From Trichoplax sp. H2 (lineage: Eukaryota), in NCBI GenBank assembly GCA_003344405.1, contig NOWV01000166.1, forward strand, positions 62,001 through 126,000: a DNA stretch of 64,000 nt. The letters run 5' to 3'. A model generated the notes under the pieces. It had not been told where the DNA came from. It did not search any database and saw only the letters and a program-made list of their open reading frames with translations. The stretch's first letter is position 1. Each line of letters begins with the position of its first letter. Shown here piece after piece: positions 56,410-64,000 of this stretch. A program made the position numbers and the translations under genes.

Positions 56410-57235
56410 CACAGTAGAGTACGTACACAGTAAAGTACAGACAGACGTACTGTACAGTACAATACGGTCTCTACAGTATAGTGGTACAGTATCACCCTGT
56501 ATAGTACTGTACGTTTCAAAAATGCTCGCGCATACTGTACGTCAGTACAGTACTGTACGTACTGTACTGACGTCAGTCTACACTCTACAGTACTGTACAT
56601 GGAACAAAATAAGGTCTCCAACATATCTCCGTGCTTGTTGTACTGTATGAACTGTACTGTAGTGCAGTTGTACTATATACAGTACAGTAGTATACTGCAC
56701 TATACTTATTTAGGTACAGTGTACAGTACTGTACTGTAGTGCTGTAAGAGTGGACATGCACTGTACACTGTACTGTATACAGTACAATACAGACAGACGT
56801 ACAGTACAGTACAGTACAATACGGTCTCTAGTACAGTGGTACAGTATCACACTGCACTGTACTGTACTGTACTGTACTGTACTGTACGTTTAAAAAATGC
56901 AAACGGTCCGTGAGGTAAACAACATTGAATAAACTGGTGGATTGCGACATGTCGTAAGAGCGGATATTTCACCATTTCAACCGCTATATGTAAAAAAAAT
57001 GCTTTTACGGAATGAGGGAATTCATTAATTATATTATAGAAGGTAAAAATAAAAGTACAGGCACATAGAGTATCACCAGCGATACTCAATGTACTGTACT
57101 CTACTGCAGGTTGTCGGGACTACGGAGAAGAGTGGCAGTACTGTAGTCTCGTACTGTACAGTACGTACAGTAGTCAGATCAGTTGTGTTCGGCCACCGTT
57201 CATCTTGTACTGTACAGTACAGTGTACAGTACAAG
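56410..57235. promoter_or_regulatory. TACAG/CTGTA-rich intergenic region between the divergently oriented LAP1-like and USP20/33 genes (putative bidirectional promoter; duplicate at 55045-55390)
   Basis: Very dense pentamer words, e.g. (CTGTA)n at 56856-56886. A minus-strand 5'UTR splice donor (CCACTTAC at ~56137 / ~54770) lies to the left and the USP ATG 57477 to the right. Confidence 0.55.
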
Positions 57236-57476
57236 ACATTGTGATTCAAGAGCTTCGGTCTGCATCGACTCACGCCACAGTGTAGTCTGTAAACAGCACA
57301 GGCGCAGATTACTCATCTCTACTGAAGAAGTGTTGTATATCGCATCTTGGCCGATTGGTGTCCCCCATTAAAAGAAAATGGTTCAGCGCGCCGATTTCTA
57401 GTCCACCTAATCCACAAAGGATGACAGAGAGTCAAGTTGATTAAATCGGAACTATTGATTTCAATTTTATACCCAA

Positions 57477-60400
57477 ATGCCGAGTAATTCCTGCCCTCAT
57501 TCGCTCTATATCGATAGAGATATTATCAATTATGTTGATCGATTGCCTACGGTGAGTATCCTTGGCAAGATTTGCATGGTAATTTGGAATCATAGGTCAA
57601 AGTTGCACTCATGCCACTGCTGCTATTTCACACGCAAATAGGAGGAGGGTGCTATTCAATCATGTAATCTGTATTCTAGCTAATCGATACCGTCTTATAA
57701 CTTTAAATTGCTTTCAAAGCATGACCATGGATTCTTTGGTAGTCGTTTCCAATTTTTGCATTGGGTTATGCTATCCCTGTACAATCTTATGCTATATACA
57801 TCACTAAAGTGCTATACTGTAGCGTATTGTTTCTACCAAGGTATCACTGACCGTCGGAGTCAGTTGGACCAACAGCTCATTTTGAAGAGAATAAAATGAT
57901 GGTAGACAGGATTGTATCGTAGTCGATCAACTCTTTCTTTTCCATTGACTGTCTTTAACTTCGATAGAACGATAACAGTGACATGTAGGAGAATGCGATA
58001 GCTTCTATGCTGAAGATTGAAGTCATTATTGTTGATTTTAGATTTGATGTGCCAGTGATAAAACGTCTTTTCGCTAGTGAATTATCGTAGGCGACTTACG
58101 TTAAAGTCAATCCTGCCTTACCTTGTTTCCTTTGCAGTCGACTTCATCAAGGACTTTCTCCAGTGCGATCGATAGCAGATCAATACAGACTTCATAGGAT
58201 ATTATCAAAATTTTCACTGTAGCTATAATAAATTCATCTCCTACATCTGTAGATACAATATAAATATATATACATCTTGAGTAGTTGAGATTACTATTTG
58301 AAAGCAACATATGCATAGATAATCTTCAATTTGCAAATTGCTATGTAAACAGCATCGGATAAAATGCACAGTACTGATCGTTGTATAGCGCACAAAATCT
58401 GGCCAAATTGAAAATTAAACTTCCAAACATATCTTACCATGATACTGTTAACCTATTGACAAGTTCTTTTTATTCAAATCTTTAGTTATAAAAGGCATTA
58501 TCGATTTCTTTTTCGAACTCGATTGCATTGTTATAGCAAAAAGTGTTTAGTAGTCTATGTACTGTAGTAGGTATATGACGTTTCAGAAAGGTTGTTATGC
58601 TAGCATCATTCACTCGTTACTAGTATTTGCTTACCAAGGTTTCTCTTACTATCACTCTTACAATGAAGTTATCATAAACTGGATCTCAATCTTTACATAG
58701 TACACTGAATAGACTCTTTTGAAAAATAGGAAAAAAATAGATTCACAGTATATTCAAGTACAATTTTTCTCCTTATAGGAATCGCTAAGTTGTTCATTCT
58801 GTCAAGAAAAGGAATGTAAACTGCTATTATGCGCAAAGGCAAGTAAATTAGCATAATACACCTATTCGATATTGAAGGATGTCTTTATCTATCCCTTTCC
58901 AAGGGTCAATATATAACATATATATATATGTCATCATACAGTAATTGAGATACTATATGTATTCTGACAACAATTACAGTATCTTGTACTTTAATAAGAT
59001 TACTCATTCGAATTAACCTGTAATGTATTGTAGTTATAGTTCGCATGTAGATCTTACAAACAAATGTCTATTATTCACTAGTTTCAATTCTAATGGTGTA
59101 ACTGCATGCTTGACAGATACGGCACATTTTAATTATAGCTAGTACTGTAAACTGGGCTTATCCCGGCGCGACACTACATTAGTGTAGCTTTAATGTGGCC
59201 TTACTCCAAGAATTGATCATGTTAGTGCAATACACCGTATTTTCTAGCAGTACAGAATTTCTACTACATCGTATCTCGTAAGGAAACCAAACTGTTGTTA
59301 GTCCCTAAACTATCATACGAATAGAACGATATCTTACGCTATAATCGGCTCTTATCTTGAAAATGCGACTGTAGGTTGGATGCGGTTACGTTGGTTGCGA
59401 TATCAACAGTGCTAAACATTGTCAACGACATGCTGAGGTAAGCCACTATCTAACGGTCTATCATATCAATTCAAGATTAACTATTCTTTACTTAACTATC
59501 GATCGTTCATATCATCCGTGTTACTTTGGTAATTATATAGACCCTATCATTTCTTTGTTGTACTGTTTGATTGTTACAACATATTTGTCTTAACTCATAC
59601 TAGGGGATAGTTTATAAAAGCAATTAAGACTTGATTGTTATTACAATAGAAGACAAAAGTTAAAATTGATCTACTCATTGGTTAATTACTTTAGGAAGTA
59701 GGGCATGCTATATTTCTCCATCTACCAACTAAGAGGTCATGGTGTTTCCATTGCCACTGTGAAGTCACTTCCATTTTTGAACAAGAAGAAATGGATGCAG
59801 ATGAAGAAGGCGATAGTGATGTCAGCTATGATGATAACGATATTGATGACGATTCAATGGATTATGACCCTCCGGTTAACTATTCGCATAGACCCAAGCA
59901 ACCGCCTTTAATCGTTGAAGACAAGGTAGAACACCAGTATATTATCTTTAAGATTATTAAAGTAGTGTACTACTGTAGCTACAGTTAACCAGTATTACCG
60001 CGTATCTATAAAGGAATGCATAGATCATAATAATAACTATTCACTTCTTACATATCAACTGAATTACTGACTTTTTTGCTTATTTTTTACAGACTTTAGA
60101 TAATATATCTCAGAGTTCAAAGTCATCAGAAAGTCTTGATGATATCGGCCAACTAAAGCCAAGAGGTAATGTAAATGTAGAATCAGTTGTTTCTATAGTC
60201 ATCCTACAGTCTACCTTGTGTCTGTAATGTAATGATTTGCTGCTTAAATAATCAACTCTATTTATACAATATTTGTGTCAAATTCAAGGCTTATGTGGGC
60301 TATCTAATCTTGGCAATACATGCTACATAAGTGCAGCATTACAGGCAATGTCAAATTGGTACAAACAATATCTTTATTTTCTATCCATACTTATTTGTGT

Positions 60401-63400
60401 AAATTGTTAATTATTAAAATGTTTCTAATTCAAATACAGCGTACCTTTGACGCAGTACTGCTTAGAATGCGAAAAATATATTGCCAGAATTCCAGTTGAC
60501 TCAATTGCTAAACGCTATTGTAAGCTTATTCAGGATATGTGGAGCAAGAAAAGGTATGCACACGTATATTTAAATGTACGGTGTACTTTTAATAAACGCT
60601 AATTTGCAATACTATCGCCATATGAAGTGATCTTGTCTTATGTTTAGCTCATTATTCATTAGGGCTTGTAAATATTTATTTATGATACAAACTTGATTTA
60701 ATGGATTTATTGTTATTAGAAACGATTATGTTACACCAACTGAATTTGTCCAATCTGTTAAAAAAGCCAACCCACTTTTTAGAGGTTCTTCACAACAGGT
60801 AAAATATTGCTTATTTTATAGCTTTTCTGTTATATAATTTCTTATAAACATTCCGCTTTTAAGAAATGCATCTGCCTTGTTATTTAAAGTTATAGAATAG
60901 ATGTTAATTCATCAGCGTAATAAAGCTTTTCTTACTTTCTAGGACGCGCATGAGTTTTTACGTTGTATACTAAATCTTCTACACGAAGAAACTAAACTGC
61001 TAATAAGCGGTTTTAGCCTAGATGATGGAAAATCAAGTATTGATACGAATCGTAGTATAAGTGTAAAGCGAACTGCTACGGAAACTGATAAATTACCTAA
61101 TCCAGACAACCGCTTAGTAATCGCTATTAACAAGACGTGTAAAGACGATACTAATTCCAATAAGTCGAATGATACAAATGTGGTTCAAAAGTGTAAGGAT
61201 CTTATTGAAGAAGATTACGTTGAAGTGGTGCTTTCGGAGATTGAAAGTGAAAGCTCTGCATCCACTGGAGAAAAATTCTTACAAGACGAGGCTAAAAAGG
61301 AGAATGGTAAGCAAGATTCAGCGATCTATACATATTATATTTAACATATTCATAATTAGGTTTTGTTCATAATACTGATTAATATACGGTACTGCTCTGT
61401 AAATTTATAGCCTCAGCACTTACTAGCACTTATTTATAATTATTTGCTTGCATAAGTAGAATTGTTTACTTACCGTAATTAAAAATATTTCAATACTGTA
61501 GCGAAAGATCCTCAGGATGAACTTAATATGGAAGAAATAAATAAACTTACCAATACAGAAAAAGAAAAGACAAAGAAAGTCACGAAAGTCACCGTGCCTT
61601 CAGATCTTCCTCGTCCAACTCCCGGTATTTATAAAATGTGCATATTGTTATCTTATTATTCCGAATAGTGATATTATACAAGACCGCCCTTAATCGTTTG
61701 TATAATAATAATATAAATTTTAAGCAAATCTTCTCTTTAATAAACTAGAAGCTCAAATCAAGTATCATAGTATTATTACGGATACTTTCGATGGAAGAAT
61801 CATAAGTTCAGTTAGATGTCTTTCATGTGATACGGTAAGTCAAGTTAATTATTAGAGATTATTCTATGGAGAATTCGATTTTTAAATATTAAACAATGCG
61901 TTAGATCTCTTACATCAAGATGAAGTTTTACACGAAATTGCTTATTTCTAGGTATCATCCAGGATAGAAAGTTTCCAAGATCTTTCTTTGCCAATTATTA
62001 GTAAATATCCCTGGTTCATTTTTACACATTTTCCGAAGTATGTAGCATATTGTTATTCGTACTACCAAGCTAATCAATGACTTTTTTGTGTAGGAAAACG
62101 TGAATTGAGTACGGTGATTGGTAATCAATCTTATAATCCTTGTGCTGCGTTAGCAATTACTGCAGGAGAAGAAGAAAGAAGAGGGATGGTGGAAGCCATA
62201 TGGGATTGGTTTAAAGGGTAATTTTTTTGTTAATTTTATTCTCGTATTATGTTTCGCCTGTTTAAATGTATCATAATCAAACACTAGCTGGATTTGGGGA
62301 TCGGTACCTTTGGAAGATTGTTTATCGACTTTTTTTGAAGAAGATGAATTAAAAGGTTAACAGTGAATCCGATAAAATTAATAGCTTGATATTACGGTGA
62401 AGTCATTTTCGGAATAATTTTAACTTATATTATTGATGTATTTGTAGGTGATAATATGTACAATTGCGAAAAATGTAAGAAGTAAGTATTATTGTCTCGA
62501 TTCATATTTTTCTTGCCATTTTTGTTGCTACTATCGCCGTAGTACAACACTTGGTTACTAAAATAAATCGTGCATGAAGATGTACTGTTGTAGATTTTCG
62601 TTGGTTTCTATTTAAGCGTATTAACTGTACCCATATATTCAAAATATAGATTACGAAACGGCATTAAATATTCGAAGATCACCCACCTGCCAGAAATATT
62701 ATGCTTACATCTAAAAAGATTTAAGCATGATTCTTATTCTACGTCTAAAATAAATTGTTCTGTAAACTTTCCATTAACTGGATTGGAAATGAAATCCTTT
62801 TTAAATACTGGTATTACGATAACTTTATTAAATTTTTCAAAATTAATAAATATTTCAACTTTAAGTCTCATTAGTTTTAATAAAATCATTTTCTTTGTAG
62901 GCCATAAAAATCAGTCAACCACTTACGATTTAGTTGCCATAATCTCTCATCATGGAGCGGCCGGAGGTATGTAATGTGCATTTATTTTTTGATAACACTG
63001 TAGATAATTAACGACGAGAATCATAGTTATTATATAGATTTTGCTGTGCTGAGATATTAATATAGCATTATGTTACAGGAGGGCATTACGTTTGCTATGC
63101 TTTAAATTGTATTAACCATCGGTGGTATGAATATGACGATATAAATGTTACTGAAGGTAAGACTTTTCCGATATTTTATGTTTTAGTTCGAGTATCCAAT
63201 TATATTCGATGATAGGTCTTGAATTTAAATTTCCTACTTTTCTTTAATAGTTGCCGATGAATTTGTCTTAAGTGTGGAAGCGTATGTTCTATTCTATCGG
63301 TAAATATATTAATTTAATTGCTTAACCGCTCAGCTATGATAATTCCTTTAAGAATTACGGTATATCAACATTTCTTGTTTCATTCTTTGCTATCACGAAA

Positions 63401-63905
63401 GTAAATCGTCGACACCAATGCTCCAGAAAGATAGATCTAAGATTGCTGCACGTAATCGTTTGCAAGAGGTATTTCTACAATCCAGATCAATGTGATAGTA
63501 TTTACTTATAATTATCTGTAATACATACGCTTTAATGTTAAATTAGTCGAGCACCGATTTCGTATACATCTCGAAGCAATGGTATCAGGTGTTTTTATCT
63601 TGTTCAGAGCCAGGTTAGTTTGACGAATAATTGTATACAATTTGTTACCGCAAGCCCATCATGCATTAATGATTTTTTTAATACTTGAAATACTTAGGTC
63701 CTATTACGAATACAGATCTACTGTGTCCGCATGGAGGTAAGTACGAATTTTTATTGAAAATTTCGTTATTAGTTTTTATTTCATGCAGTGTTAAAATTTA
63801 CTTTTTTTACTTCTTGATAGCTGCTTATTGTGCGAACCCTAAATTTGATGTCAACGATTTTGCGGTAAAGGTGCCCTTGCTGGTTTGGAATGAACTCCGT
63901 AATAA
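57477..63905 (+). CDS. USP20/USP33: Ubiquitin-specific protease USP20/USP33 family (ZnF-UBP, USP catalytic domain, DUSP); 3' end lies beyond the window
   Basis: MPSNSCPHS (57477-57551), then Zn[19 protein letters not shown]...HCQRHAE|..H...WCFHC. Cys box [23 protein letters not shown] (~60290-60358), [93 protein letters not shown]. His box [14 protein letters not shown]...[27 protein letters not shown]...[15 protein letters not shown]. Confidence 0.94.
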
Positions 63906-64000
63906 GTATGAAGCATAAAATTAACTGCATTAACTTTACAATTGCATCTAATGCATTGATTTCTAAGCATTTTGCTCTACTTAAAAGCTCGATTGAATAA

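Larger units (their letters stand above)
54253..57122. repeat. About 1.4-kb direct duplication (54253-55623 and 55644-57122) abutting both sides of an N-gap
   Basis: Both copies start ATTTACACTATATATTCC and end GTTGTCGGGACTA. Unique blocks are near-identical, while pentamer tracts and repeat number differ. Confidence 0.93.

Noticed and set aside
54907..57371. 227-aa and other Cys/Tyr/Thr/Val-rich ORFs (54907-55590, 56316-56624, 56847-57089, 57073-57273, 57183-57371)
   Set aside because: Made of pentamer repeats, and the long ORF is broken in the duplicate copy.
57552..57566. GTATCCTT (U12-type 5' splice-site-like) at the first USP intron
   Set aside because: It lies 4 nt inside a canonical GTGAGT donor that keeps the frame. 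Using it would frameshift, and I saw no clear U12 branch point near the acceptor.
59140..59240. GC-richer intronic patch in USP20/33 with small hairpins (snoRNA candidate)
   Set aside because: Could not identify convincing C/D or H/ACA boxes; would need an Rfam scan.

Overview
AT-rich, intron-dense eukaryotic genomic DNA from an animal. The short GT-AG introns, compact genes and TACAG/CTGTA low-complexity tracts suggest the placozoan Trichoplax, but that is inference. Spliced genes reconstructed by hand, left to right: an INPP5E-type inositol polyphosphate 5-phosphatase (+), GMC oxidoreductase paralog 1 (-), WDR83/MORG1 (-), GMC paralog 2 (+), a calpain with no visible C-terminal EF-hand or C2 domain (+), GMC paralog 3 (+), a LAP1/LULL1 (TOR1AIP)-like torsin activator (-), and USP20/33 (+, runs off the right edge). 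Two N-gaps are each flanked by duplicated sequence, most likely uncollapsed haplotypes. I found no CRISPR array, rRNA, tRNA or intact mobile element, and no clearly novel multi-gene system. The best leads are the divergent three-gene GMC family, the promoter-associated TACAG pentamer tracts, the conserved ciliary-targeting signals in INPP5E, the torsin cofactor with a variable coding repeat, and a GC-AG intron in USP20/33. Exon boundaries were read manually and may be off by a few bases.
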